This document shows, piece after piece, positions 18,456 through 28,962 of a DNA stretch of 64,000 nt. How positions within the stretch are numbered: the stretch's first letter is position 1; each line of letters opens with the position of its first letter. This DNA comes from Candidatus Obscuribacteraceae bacterium (GTDB lineage: Bacteria; Cyanobacteriota; Vampirovibrionia; Obscuribacterales; Obscuribacteraceae): the NCBI GenBank assembly GCA_044229845.1, contig JBGASG010000001.1, forward strand, positions 544,001 to 608,000. The letters run 5' to 3'. The translations under genes and the position numbers were made by a program. The notes under the pieces were generated by a model. It was given only the letters and a program-made list of their open reading frames with translations, made no database searches and was not told where the DNA came from.

Positions 18456-18500
18456 GAGGACAGCTGATTTAGACTGTCTTTTATAGGTCGTGCGCCGCCA

Positions 18501-21500
18501 ATGGTGGAGTATGCGGAGCTGCATTGCCATTCGGCATTCTCTCTTCTGGATGGAGCTTCCAACCCGGAAGAACTGGTGGCGAGGGCTGTTGAAGTGAAAC
18601 TGAGCGCTCTGGCGCTCACCGATCATGACGATATGGGCGGCATGGTTCGTTTCTCGCATACAGCGAAGGAATATAACTTGCCTGCCATCGTAGGCACCGA
18701 ACTGACTATGGAGGAAGATCATCACCTGGTTTTGCTGGCGCAAAATCTCTCTGGTTATAAAAACATTTGCCATCTCATCACGAAAGGACGTTTCAATAGT
18801 GAGCGTGGTGCGCCGCGTATATCGTTTGAGACGCTGTCCGAGCACGCCGATGGCGTAGTTGCTCTGTCGGGATGCCCGCAAGGTATAGTGCCCGCGTTGT
18901 TCGCGCGCGGAGAGCATGAGCGTGCCACGACGGAAGCCTGCCGCCTGAGGGAATTGTTTGGCGAAAACTTCTTCTTGGAACTTTGGGATCACAATTTGCA
19001 TCAAGAGGGACTTATTTGTCGACAGATGTTGGATCTGTCGGCGCGGTGGGCGATACCGTGGGTGGTGACCAATAACGTTCATTATGCGCCGCCGGAAAAA
19101 CGCATGATCCATGACGTGCTTACATGTCTCAAGCATGAAACTACGCTGCAGACCGCCGGCCGCCGATTGCGGCCAAATGGCACCTGGTACATGAAGTCTC
19201 CCAAGGAGATTGAGTATCAATGGCAGCATGATCTGACCGGCGTTTGCAATACACTGGTTGTGGCGGAGCGCTGTCAGTTTCGTCTGGAAACATTGAAGCC
19301 GGTTCTGCCGGAGTGCCGCATTCCGGCAGGCATGGATCGCAATAGCTACTTGCGCGACCTGGTTTGGCAGGGCGCTCGTGAACGTTATGGCAGCCGGCTG
19401 ACTGAAAAACATGTACAGCAACTTGAACACGAACTTTCCATAATTACCCGGATGCAATTGGAGCCGTATTTCCTCCTTATGCACGAGATTGTCGAATACG
19501 CTCGTTCGCAAGGCATCGCGGTCCAGGGACGCGGTTCCGCTGCCAATTCCGCCGTCTGTTATTGCCTGATGATCACAGCCGTAGATCCAATTGGTATGGA
19601 TTTGCTTTTCGAAAGATTCATTTCGGAAGAGCGCAACGAACCGCCGGATATAGATCTAGATATTGCCCATCAAGAAAGAGAAAAGGTGTTGCAGCATGTC
19701 TATCAAAAGTATGGACGGCAGCACGCCGCGATGGTTTGCGAGCACATTACTTACCGGGGACCTTCCTCTGTGCGTGATGCGGCACGGGTGTTCGGATTCT
19801 CTCAGGAACAGGCGGATCGCTTATCGGCGGAGTGTCAACATGGCGAGGCGCGCACGGCAGCGGAAGGTCTGCTCGCCGGCGGTGCCCGGCGCGCCGGATT
19901 AGATCCATCCGATCGGCGCGTACAGCTACTCATCCAGGTTGTCGCCGGACTGCACCAGTTGCCTCGGCACCGCTCCATACACGTCGGCGGCTTTGTGCTT
20001 TCGGGGGAACCGCTGGGACAGATAGTGCCTATAGAACCCGCCGCCATGGAAGACCGCACCGTTATCCAGTGGGACAAGGATGACCTTGAGCTGGTCGGCT
20101 TGATCAAGATAGATTTGCTGGGGCTGGGGATGCTGACCCTGATCCAGGAAGGCGTTAAGCTGGTTCAGCAACATCGAGGCGTCGATCTGGACCTGGCGCA
20201 ACTGGACATCACCGACCCAGAAATTTACAACATGCTGCAGCGAGCTGATACCATCGGCTTGTTCCAGGTAGAGTCGCGCGCGCAGATGTCCATCCTGCCG
20301 CGCCTTAAACCGACTTGCTTCTATGACATCGTTGTGTCGATTGCGCTGGTGCGCCCGGGTCCTATTCAAGGCAAGATCATTCATCCGTATTTGCGACGGC
20401 GGCGCGGACTGGAGCCTGTCACATACCTGCATCCTTGTGTAGAACCAATTTTGAAGCGCACTCTCGGTGTGCCGTTGTTTCAAGAACAGGGTATGCGTCT
20501 GGCTATTGCGGCTGCCGGATTTACAGCGGCGGAGGCGGATGGCTTGCGGCGTGTGATGACGCACAAACGTTCGCTGGAGAAAATGACTAAGCTCTGCGAA
20601 CAGCTGGCTGAGGGAATGCGACGCAACGGACTCTCCGACATTGCCATCGAAACCATAACTTTCCAGCTGCGCGCTTTCGCCAATTATGGTTTTCCAGAAA
20701 GTCATTCGGCATCGTTTGCTTTATTAGTGTTTGCATCCGCTCACCTGAAACGATACTATGCACCGGAATTTTTCTGCGCCATACTCAATGCGCAGCCGAT
20801 GGGCTTCTACAGCCCGGCTACTTTAATCCGCGATGCAATTCGGCATGCTGTCGAAGTTCGTCCTGTCGACCTGGCAAAAAGTAGTTGGGACTGCACTCTG
20901 GAAAATGACGAAACAGGCGAGCGTCCCCCAGCGCTGCGCTTGGGCATGCGCTATGTGAACGGACTGGGATATCATGCCAAGCTGGCGTTGCAGAGGGTCT
21001 GGACGGAAGGCGGCTCTTTTACATCGGTGGAAGATGTCTGCCTGCGCAGCGGACTTAAGTCTAAAGATCTGGAAAGGCTAGCTATGGCTGGTGCCTTCGC
21101 TTCTTTTCTACCCGGCAGGCGTCGGGCGTTGTGGATGGTGCTTTCCATTTTGCGCAATCGCTTTGATTTGCCTTTGATGAGGAAACTCAAAGAGTTGCAG
21201 ACGGCACCGGAAATGGTGCCGGAAGGTATTGTGCCGATGGACGAACTGGAAGAGATTATTGCCGACTACAGGACGACAAATCTTTCGACTGGACGGCATC
21301 CCATGACTTTCTACCGGCAATGGGCGGATGACCGCGGCATGTATGCGGCGAATCAGCTTACCTGGCTGAGGGACGGTGACCGGGTTTCTACCGCCGGCGG
21401 TGTCATTGTCAGGCAACGACCAGAAACTGCCAAAGGTTTCGTCTTTATCACCCTCGAGGACGAAACTGGAACGTCAAACATTATCATCAATCCACAGGTC

Positions 21501-21665
21501 TTCGAACAATACCGGAAGGAGATCCTGCGCCATCAGTTTCTTGCCTTCACCGGTCAGCTCCAGCTCACGGACAACGTCGCCAGCATTAAAGCAGAGGAAG
21601 TCATGCCGCTGCCGCGCATCACAGACGAAACATCACTGCACCTGCACGCCCGCAACTTCCACTAG
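18501..21665 (+). CDS. dnaE2: error-prone DNA polymerase DnaE2 (ImuC)
   Basis: YAELHCHSAFSLLDGAS PHP start, GRGSAANSAVCYCL, PPDIDLD, YGFPESHSASFALL, RQRPETAKG OB fold, C-terminal ARNFH (SRDFH-like DnaE2 signature). Confidence 0.95.
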   Translation: MVEYAELHCHSAFSLLDGASNPEELVARAVEVKLSALALTDHDDMGGMVRFSHTAKEYNLPAIVGTELTMEEDHHLVLLAQNLSGYKNICHLITKGRFNSERGAPRISFETLSEHADGVVALSGCPQGIVPALFARGEHERATTEACRLRELFGENFFLELWDHNLHQEGLICRQMLDLSARWAIPWVVTNNVHYAPPEKRMIHDVLTCLKHETTLQTAGRRLRPNGTWYMKSPKEIEYQWQHDLTGVCNTLVVAERCQFRLETLKPVLPECRIPAGMDRNSYLRDLVWQGARERYGSRLTEKHVQQLEHELSIITRMQLEPYFLLMHEIVEYARSQGIAVQGRGSAANSAVCYCLMITAVDPIGMDLLFERFISEERNEPPDIDLDIAHQEREKVLQHVYQKYGRQHAAMVCEHITYRGPSSVRDAARVFGFSQEQADRLSAECQHGEARTAAEGLLAGGARRAGLDPSDRRVQLLIQVVAGLHQLPRHRSIHVGGFVLSGEPLGQIVPIEPAAMEDRTVIQWDKDDLELVGLIKIDLLGLGMLTLIQEGVKLVQQHRGVDLDLAQLDITDPEIYNMLQRADTIGLFQVESRAQMSILPRLKPTCFYDIVVSIALVRPGPIQGKIIHPYLRRRRGLEPVTYLHPCVEPILKRTLGVPLFQEQGMRLAIAAAGFTAAEADGLRRVMTHKRSLEKMTKLCEQLAEGMRRNGLSDIAIETITFQLRAFANYGFPESHSASFALLVFASAHLKRYYAPEFFCAILNAQPMGFYSPATLIRDAIRHAVEVRPVDLAKSSWDCTLENDETGERPPALRLGMRYVNGLGYHAKLALQRVWTEGGSFTSVEDVCLRSGLKSKDLERLAMAGAFASFLPGRRRALWMVLSILRNRFDLPLMRKLKELQTAPEMVPEGIVPMDELEEIIADYRTTNLSTGRHPMTFYRQWADDRGMYAANQLTWLRDGDRVSTAGGVIVRQRPETAKGFVFITLEDETGTSNIIINPQVFEQYRKEILRHQFLAFTGQLQLTDNVASIKAEEVMPLPRITDETSLHLHARNFH

Positions 21666-23903
21666 TTAAAGAACAGCATCGGCGGTAAAGTGGATCTCTG
21701 CATTGCTGCCTGCCGGATCGACGTCGAACTTAGTTAGCTTAATCATGTTCCACTTATTGTCTTTGAAGAGTCTAAGCTTGCCGTCGAACTTGAACGGCAT
21801 TTCCAGTTTCTTCAAATGACCGGTAATCACTTTGCGTTCCAGACCTTCCGCAATGCCGCCGGTCACTTTGCTCCAATCCAGATTGACGTCATCTCCGAAG
21901 CCCAGGTCGACGTCTACCTTGTAGGATAACTCACTGTCTGCCAAAGACCTGTTCGGCAACAAGCTGTAATCCATCTCGCCATCACCACTGACGGTGGCAG
22001 TTGCTTTCCAGGGCTTCGTCTCGGTCTCCGCATCACTTTTGATGATTGCCATCAGGCTGCCCTTGTCGATTGTCCCATCGGCCAGCAGGTCAGCCTGGAC
22101 TTTGAACGTAAACTGATTGTCGTTTTTCAAATTCATGCGGTCGATTTCCAGGTCTGACATTTTGACTGTTTTGACAGTAGCGTTGCGATAGCGCCACTTG
22201 CGGTCTGATACTACTTTATTGAGGTTGAAGACCTTTTCCTTCGGCAGGCGTGCCGTGATTGCCTTAGCGAGAGCGCTTTGCGGCAATGTGACGGTGCATG
22301 ACTTGAGGTGCAAGCGTGCTTGACCATTTACCGAAGAAACATCCAATCCTTTCGCCTTGATCTCGGCTTTTTCATCTCCCAGCAATTTGCACTGGTCGAG
22401 CGTGAAGTTGAGTTGGCTGGTTATGTGCACATCAGGATCCAGCACAATCATCAAGGCACCGTCCAGATCGCTCAATTGCAGCACACCGGCCGGACCAGCA
22501 AAGCTTGCTGAACCCAGTTTTACCGTAATCGGCAAAACCATTTGCTGTACTTCCCGGTCCTTATTGAGCGAGAGGTTCATCCCCGCCGGCAAGGATAGTG
22601 TTGAATGTCCTTTGGTTGTGAGCTTGAATGTTTTCTGCCCATTGCTCCAGACGATCTGGTCAAGCTTGGCAGTTCCCTTTGTGATGCTGAAGTCCATTTC
22701 GCCATGTTTGTCGAAGTTTATTTCATCGATGACCGCATCAGATAGGTAGAGGGACAACTGCGTTGTCGGTCGATTGACGTGCACAGTAGCTTTGGATGCC
22801 GTCTCTGGTTCCAGAGTCGAGAATCTCGTTTCGCGAAACTCTTTCGTCACGTCGAGACTAAGTTTGGCGGGAATCGGATCCTGGAAGTGCGCTTCGGTTT
22901 CTTGCCGCTTAGTTCTGATTGCCACATCGGTGTTGGTCAATTGCATCGGTGCAACTACATGCAGTTCACTGTCCTCCTGACCTTCTGTCTTCTTCCAGTC
23001 GATCTGAGTCGGGGTGATTTCGCATTTGCCGGAGTGCGCCGAGGAGCGTTTCTCTTTGCCGAATTTGAAAGTCGAGTCGGTGAGCAAAACCTTGGGTGGT
23101 GTGTTGCCTAACATGAGCTCGACTTTGCCAGCGACGCGATTGGCGTTCAATTGCAAAATCACGGAGCCACCGTTAAACAGAGTATCGACCTTTTCGCCGG
23201 CCCAATTGCAGCCGGGCAGGAAGTTCAGATTGGCTTTGAAACTGCCGACATAGTCTAAGGATCTATCGATGGCGGCATCCTTGAGTTCCACGCTGGAGCC
23301 TTTGCCTACGTGCAGCACCTTGTCATCGAACTTTAGAAATGAATCGGGTTTGAGATCAACTCGTGCCGATTCGATGCTGAGCAAATCGACGATCTGAGTC
23401 AATTCCTGATTCTTGACGCTATCTGCCTGGTTGTTGATGACGTTCAAGAAGTAAGTCCCGAGCAGTCTCAGGAGATCAATGTCTGAAGTGGCCTTGCCGT
23501 CCTTCAGTTCGATAGTTTGCGGCAATGGCACTCCCACAACCAGCACCGAGCTTGAAGTCCAGAGCTGCCCGCTGGCGTGTTCGGTGGAAATGACCGCTGG
23601 ATTGTCTACCGGCAGTGACATAGTGAGCCGGAAATCGGTTATTTTGTTGATGGTGACAGTCCGCCCGCGCACCTGATAGTTGCCCGGACGTAGTCGTCCA
23701 CGCGCCACCACTTCAACTTTCTGAGCGGCTTCCAGCAGGCGGCGCACCGACGGGTCGCTTACCTTAACCGAAAAGACAGCAGGGATCACCGGCTTGCTGG
23801 TGTTCAACTGAGGGAACATACTGCATCCGCTCAGCACGCACAAAAGCGCTGCCGTCACAAAGGCAGTGAAACAGCTGGCGACGTATTGGCGTGCTGCGTT
23901 CAT
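21666..23903 (-). CDS. large beta-rich putative lipoprotein, paralog A (745 aa)
   Basis: Lipobox-like LSGC; end-to-end similarity with 24020..26287. Confidence 0.8.
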   Translation of the reverse strand: MNAARQYVASCFTAFVTAALLCVLSGCSMFPQLNTSKPVIPAVFSVKVSDPSVRRLLEAAQKVEVVARGRLRPGNYQVRGRTVTINKITDFRLTMSLPVDNPAVISTEHASGQLWTSSSVLVVGVPLPQTIELKDGKATSDIDLLRLLGTYFLNVINNQADSVKNQELTQIVDLLSIESARVDLKPDSFLKFDDKVLHVGKGSSVELKDAAIDRSLDYVGSFKANLNFLPGCNWAGEKVDTLFNGGSVILQLNANRVAGKVELMLGNTPPKVLLTDSTFKFGKEKRSSAHSGKCEITPTQIDWKKTEGQEDSELHVVAPMQLTNTDVAIRTKRQETEAHFQDPIPAKLSLDVTKEFRETRFSTLEPETASKATVHVNRPTTQLSLYLSDAVIDEINFDKHGEMDFSITKGTAKLDQIVWSNGQKTFKLTTKGHSTLSLPAGMNLSLNKDREVQQMVLPITVKLGSASFAGPAGVLQLSDLDGALMIVLDPDVHITSQLNFTLDQCKLLGDEKAEIKAKGLDVSSVNGQARLHLKSCTVTLPQSALAKAITARLPKEKVFNLNKVVSDRKWRYRNATVKTVKMSDLEIDRMNLKNDNQFTFKVQADLLADGTIDKGSLMAIIKSDAETETKPWKATATVSGDGEMDYSLLPNRSLADSELSYKVDVDLGFGDDVNLDWSKVTGGIAEGLERKVITGHLKKLEMPFKFDGKLRLFKDNKWNMIKLTKFDVDPAGSNAEIHFTADAVL

Positions 23904-24019
23904 GTGAGAGTTATTCCCCCCATGATCTTATCTGATTGGCCTGGCGATCTGATCCGGTGAAGTTGGCTGATTATCAGCCTTTTGATGTACTGACAATGAC
24001 TGACGGATCGCAGGGACTG

Positions 24020-26287
24020 CTACATAACAGCGTCGGCTGAAAATCGCATCTCGCATCCGCTTTCTGAAGGAACGACGTTGACACCGGTCACACGCATAAA
24101 ACGCAACTGTTGGTTGCTTCTATTGAAAGCGGGAAGGTTGCCCTCAAACTGAATCGGCATGTTCAATTCCTGGATGCTGTTGACGACAGCTTTGCGTTCA
24201 GTATCTTTGAACAGTCCGTCGTTTACTTGCGACCAATCTACGTTGATATCCTCACGCACGGGCAAATCAATGGCGACCTTGTATTCGATCTCCGTTTCAG
24301 ATAGCGATTTTGGTGCCTTGATCTCGTAGGTGACGGTGCCAGTGCCGGCAACGCTCGCGCTAGCATTCCACGGGCGCGTTTCTGTTTCCGCATCGTCTTT
24401 GAATATTGCCATCAATCCGCCCTTGTCCACCGTGCCTTCGGCGGCTAGATCGCCTTTGATCGAGAATTTGAGCGTGTTTGGTCCGCTGAGCTGCATGCCA
24501 TCGATTTGCACGTTGCGTATGTGCAAGTCCGAGACTTTGAAGTTGCGGTAACGCCATTTTTTCTCGGCAAGGACTTTATTGAGTTGCAGGTCCTTCTCCT
24601 TGGGCACACGTTTCAAAATGGCTTCCCGCAGGGCATCCTGGGAGACCGTGACTGACACTGACTTAATGTGCGCAGAAGCAGAGCCCTTGTCAGACTCGAT
24701 GCGCAGACCTCTTGCTTTGATCATCGCCTTCTCGTCTCCCAAAAGCTTTGATTGGTCAATTGCGAAATCCATATCGCTGGTGATGCTGACATCGGGATCG
24801 CAGGCGATCAGAAGCTGACCATTGAGGTTGCTCAAAGCGAACGAGCCGGACGTGCTGGACAAAGAGGCAGAGCCCATCTTTACTGCAATCGGCAGAACCA
24901 TCTTGGTGTTGCCAGGTTGTTTACTGAGATTGAGACTCATCCCGGCAGGTAACTCCAGAACCGATGCGCCGGTGGAAGTGAGAGTAAACGTTTTCTTGCC
25001 GGTAGACCAGTAGACCTTCTGCAGTTTGGCTGTGCCGCGCGACAGATTGAAATCCAGATCCCCATGTTTGCTCCAGGCAATTTTGTCTACCTTCGCGTTG
25101 GTGAGATCCAGTCTGACTTTGGTTTTCGGTCGGTGAATATCTACTGTTGCAACCGAGGCTGTCGGCGGATTGAGAGTGGAAAATGTATTGCGCCTTCCGG
25201 CGCTGTCGATGTCGACGGTAAGCAGTGCCGGTGCCACTCCAGGGAAGGTCGCGTCGGTCTGTTGCGTATCTGTCTTCACACAAACTTTAGTGTTGGAAAG
25301 ACCAAGTGGAGTGATCAGGTGAAGATGAGAGTCCGGCGCACCCTCCGGTTTAGACCACGTCAATTCCGTCGGTCTCAAGACGGCAGTGGTGCTGTGCGCA
25401 CTCGAACGTTTTACTTTCCCGAATTTGAAAAGACAGTCGGCGAGAGTGACCCGTGCATCGCGTCGGGCGAGCGTCAGTTTGACGTCCCCATTTACCCGTG
25501 TAGCTTTCAACTTCAAGTTGGCTGAACCACCGTTGAAGAGCACATCGACCTTCTCGCCGATCCAGTTGCAATCATTGAGAAGGTTTAGTTGAGCGATGAA
25601 GTCCCCTTTGTAGTTCAGGTCACCGTCCAGAACGACATCTCGCAGCTGGACAATCGAGTCTTTGCCGATGTGCAGTTTTTTCTTGTCGAAGTAGCAATCT
25701 GCGCCCGGGGTCAAACGCATGGTGGCAGTTTTCACAACCAGCACGTCCAGAATCTGACGCAGGTCTGCTTGCTTGGCGCTTTCGCTTTGATTCTCCAGGG
25801 CGTTTATGAAAAACATGCTCAGCATGCGCAGCAGATCGACGTTCGATGTGGCCTTGCCATTTTTGATCTCGATAGTTTTCGGCAGCGGTAGGTTCATGAA
25901 CAAGACTTCTTCTGACGTCCAGAGGGTGCCGGAGGCACGCTCTGTGCTCAGCACCGTCGGATCGTCTATCGGCATCGAGATGTCCAATTTGAAGTCGGTG
26001 ACTTTTTTGATTGTGATCGGACGGCCGTTAACGACGAAGGTGCCGGGTTTCAGCTTGCCGATTGCCGACAACTCTATGTGGTCGGTTATTTTCAAAAACC
26101 TGACCACGTCCGGGTCCGCGACTTTCACATTGATGATGGCCGGAATCACCGGTTTGGCTGTACCCATCTCCGGTATTACGGCGTGGTGAGTGAGTGTTTT
26201 GTCTTGCAGGACCGGAGTGCATGCAGCCACTGCGCAAAGACATGCCGTCACCGGCAAAATGAGCAAACTGAACAACCTGTGGCGCAT
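24020..26287 (-). CDS. large beta-rich putative lipoprotein, paralog B (755 aa)
   Basis: Lipobox-like VAAC; blocks shared with paralog A (KPVIPA, GEKVD.LFNGGS, FKFGK.KRSSAHS, KWRYRN, AETET.PW.A). Confidence 0.8.
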   Translation of the reverse strand: MRHRLFSLLILPVTACLCAVAACTPVLQDKTLTHHAVIPEMGTAKPVIPAIINVKVADPDVVRFLKITDHIELSAIGKLKPGTFVVNGRPITIKKVTDFKLDISMPIDDPTVLSTERASGTLWTSEEVLFMNLPLPKTIEIKNGKATSNVDLLRMLSMFFINALENQSESAKQADLRQILDVLVVKTATMRLTPGADCYFDKKKLHIGKDSIVQLRDVVLDGDLNYKGDFIAQLNLLNDCNWIGEKVDVLFNGGSANLKLKATRVNGDVKLTLARRDARVTLADCLFKFGKVKRSSAHSTTAVLRPTELTWSKPEGAPDSHLHLITPLGLSNTKVCVKTDTQQTDATFPGVAPALLTVDIDSAGRRNTFSTLNPPTASVATVDIHRPKTKVRLDLTNAKVDKIAWSKHGDLDFNLSRGTAKLQKVYWSTGKKTFTLTSTGASVLELPAGMSLNLSKQPGNTKMVLPIAVKMGSASLSSTSGSFALSNLNGQLLIACDPDVSITSDMDFAIDQSKLLGDEKAMIKARGLRIESDKGSASAHIKSVSVTVSQDALREAILKRVPKEKDLQLNKVLAEKKWRYRNFKVSDLHIRNVQIDGMQLSGPNTLKFSIKGDLAAEGTVDKGGLMAIFKDDAETETRPWNASASVAGTGTVTYEIKAPKSLSETEIEYKVAIDLPVREDINVDWSQVNDGLFKDTERKAVVNSIQELNMPIQFEGNLPAFNRSNQQLRFMRVTGVNVVPSESGCEMRFSADAVM

Positions 26288-26418
26288 TCAAATCACGCTG
26301 AGTGAGGATTATCCATCTCCAGGACGTGACGTATTGAGAGCGATTCTAGTTTCGGCCGGTTGGTTAAATTCAGGGTGACAACCGTCGACGATGCCCTGAG
26401 TTTGTGCCGCGGACATGT

Positions 26419-28002
26419 TCAATCAAAGAAACCTTCCAGGTGCCAGGCGTCAACTTCGTGGTCGTGTACAAGCAGGATCAAGAAAGACTCACTCTTCGAT
26501 TCGATAAGAGCGACGTAGTATGACTTGCGCACCGGCGTCTCCCACCACAGTCCGGAGAGCCTTTCAGGAGTGGTGATCTCTTTGATTTTGTGCCAGCGGT
26601 GTTTATAGGTGACGGCGGTTGGCTGATTGTTTTGAAACTCGACCAGCACCGGGCACGGTGGTGTGCTGCGGCGCAGCACCAGACCGCAGGCAACTTGCTG
26701 CGAACCGACGCGGCTGCCCACATATTCCAGATTGATTGGCAATACATCGCGAATTACACCGTAAGCGCTATCGGTCACCGGCAGCCAGGCGCCGGCATGC
26801 TCTGGAATGTGTTGATCGTTATGTACCGAACGCACCACTGCATGTTCTCCAAGTCGAGACATAAATTTCTGCAGCAGTAAAGTCAACGATTCTGTAAGTC
26901 CATGGTTGTTGTGCAAAGTCAGCAAACTGCGTTGCTGATGGTGCTCGCCCGTCTCATAGCTGATCTGTTGCCAGGACTCTTTCGAATGGCGAGAAACTGT
27001 CACCACGCAGCCGGTGAACTCTCGTGTCAGCGGCTTTGATTCAAGAGATAGCCTGGCTATTTCAACGAGAAACTTTACCTGATTGCTGGGGCGAATTAGA
27101 TTGAGCGTGCGCTCGTCAATCTTCTCGTTTTCGTTGAAAAAGGACAGCGTCAACTCTTCCGCCCAGAGTCCGTTTTGTTTCAGGTCGAACGTCAGACGAT
27201 CGAGCATGGATTTGAGAATGAACTGAGTCTCGTGCAGGAGTTCGACCGGGGCACCTAATTGAACGATACAGGTATAGTTGCGCTCAGCTGCCGGCAAATG
27301 CGGCTGCACATTGTCGATGCCGCGCGCCAATTCGTGCACGGCAAGCCCCTCACGTCCGAAACGCTCCACAACATGGTCGACTGGCAGTTTTACCAGTTCG
27401 CCCAGCGTATTGATGCCCAGATCGCTGAGCGTTGACTGGAAGTCTTCCGATATGGGCAGGTGTTGCACCGGCAGTGGTGCCAGGAAATCCTGGTCGCCTT
27501 CGGCTGGCACAATGCAAAATTGCTTTTGTCGAGAACGCGTTGCCACCAGTGCCGCAAAGGAACTATCAGCGATGCCGGTGCGCAACTCGGCAAAGCCTGA
27601 ACGGTTGACTACCCGCTGCAGGTTGCGGCAAAAGCGACGTTCGCCGCCCAGGAGTGTCAATCCGCTGGCGTCCAGGAGAAAAATGCCCAGGGCCTGCACC
27701 GTCACTTTGGGAGAAACGGTAATCAGCTCGTGCGAGAGAGCTTTCTGCGCTTTCAGGTAGGCGTTTTGATCGTATTCTTTGAATTGCAGATCGGCGCAGA
27801 TTGCGCGGGCCTGCGAAAGTTTCATGCCTGCCGAAACATTGCGGCGGCTGGCTTCTTTCGAGCACATAACCACATGAGCGCGACTGCCCTTACCCTGGAC
27901 GAGTGCGAATGGCTTACCTTTGAGCTCGGGAGCGAGTTTTTGATGTACGCCTATCTCGAACCTGGGGATGCGTAAACAGGCGATTCGCTGTGGAGCACTC
28001 AA
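26419..28002 (-). CDS. imuB: ImuB, catalytically inactive Y-family polymerase-like protein
   Basis: VSAGMKLSQARAICADL, FLLDASG, FLAPLPVQHL, LGINTLGEL, C-terminal PERLSGLWWE...WHLEGFFD; GGAGGT RBS before TTG. Confidence 0.9.
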   Translation of the reverse strand: MSAPQRIACLRIPRFEIGVHQKLAPELKGKPFALVQGKGSRAHVVMCSKEASRRNVSAGMKLSQARAICADLQFKEYDQNAYLKAQKALSHELITVSPKVTVQALGIFLLDASGLTLLGGERRFCRNLQRVVNRSGFAELRTGIADSSFAALVATRSRQKQFCIVPAEGDQDFLAPLPVQHLPISEDFQSTLSDLGINTLGELVKLPVDHVVERFGREGLAVHELARGIDNVQPHLPAAERNYTCIVQLGAPVELLHETQFILKSMLDRLTFDLKQNGLWAEELTLSFFNENEKIDERTLNLIRPSNQVKFLVEIARLSLESKPLTREFTGCVVTVSRHSKESWQQISYETGEHHQQRSLLTLHNNHGLTESLTLLLQKFMSRLGEHAVVRSVHNDQHIPEHAGAWLPVTDSAYGVIRDVLPINLEYVGSRVGSQQVACGLVLRRSTPPCPVLVEFQNNQPTAVTYKHRWHKIKEITTPERLSGLWWETPVRKSYYVALIESKSESFLILLVHDHEVDAWHLEGFFD

Positions 28003-28825
28003 GCATTACCTCCCTCGATTGTGTCATACCGTCTTTGAATACCGAGAACTTGAAGCTGGGCTGAATCAACGCAACGCCACCCAGTCCCGCTTCACAGCGG
28101 ATGGCGGCGCCGATGTCGAACTGAAAGCGCGCGTAGCAACCCCAACCTTCAGCCTGTTGCTGTTGTTGGGCATTGTTGTCGCCGCTGGACAGATTGGCGT
28201 CGCGCACCACCATTAGTGCTGACCGCGATTTATCCAAAGAGCGTTGCAAACGCGCATAAACCCGGCTGGGAACGTTGCTGTAAGCCAGCCCCTGCTTGCG
28301 GCTGTCAGTGGGATTAGCGCTGCCGAAATCCAGGATGACGACATCGAAAGCGTTGGAGCGGATAAATTGATCGGCGCTCCAGATGGCTTCTTGTACCAGC
28401 AGTGTTTTGCGTGAAATAAGCGGTACGACCTGCTCGTCGCTGGACGTGCTGCCGCTGCCGGCAGTGGCGGCAGACTTATTATCCGGCGGTCGGACGATCC
28501 AAAATTTGCCGGCATTGGTACCGGCATCGACATCTGCCCAATCGGCAGCCAGCAATTTGCCTTCCGCATCGATGTAGGCAACATTGAGTCCCGACTGGCA
28601 CCAGTTGCGAATAGCAGCGCGCAACAAGGTGGACTTGCCTGAGGATAAAGGTCCGATCCATTCGGTGATGCGGCGACGCGCAATGCCACGCGTCAGTGAT
28701 AAATCTATGCATTCCAGTCCGGTGGTCAGGTTGCGAGTACGCTCGCTGTTTGCGGTCAGCCATTTGCCCGGAAAGAGTTGTTCGAACTGTTGCTTTAAAT
28801 TGGACACGCGCGCTTGCATGTTCAT
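27914..28825 (-). CDS. imuA: ImuA-like RecA-superfamily protein
   Basis: TGLECIDLSL.RGI...RITEWIGPLSSGKST (Walker A), AYID, FDVVILD; immediately upstream of imuB; GAAAGGT RBS before ATG at 28825. Confidence 0.8.
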   Translation of the reverse strand: MNMQARVSNLKQQFEQLFPGKWLTANSERTRNLTTGLECIDLSLTRGIARRRITEWIGPLSSGKSTLLRAAIRNWCQSGLNVAYIDAEGKLLAADWADVDAGTNAGKFWIVRPPDNKSAATAGSGSTSSDEQVVPLISRKTLLVQEAIWSADQFIRSNAFDVVILDFGSANPTDSRKQGLAYSNVPSRVYARLQRSLDKSRSALMVVRDANLSSGDNNAQQQQQAEGWGCYARFQFDIGAAIRCEAGLGGVALIQPSFKFSVFKDGMTQSREVMLECSTANRLFTHPQVRDRRTSKTRSRAQR

Positions 28826-28962
28826 TGGATTACCTTTCTGTTGCGAATGAATCCCAGGCATGACGAGTTCGCCCACACACACACTCGAAAACAGAGAGTG
28901 CGCAGAGCCGACCGCCATGGGAGCCCATGACCGTTGGATTTGCAGTGATTTCTTGCTGCTAC

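Noticed and set aside
18153..19511. 452-aa minus-strand ORF
   Set aside because: Antisense shadow of dnaE2 with no recognisable motifs.
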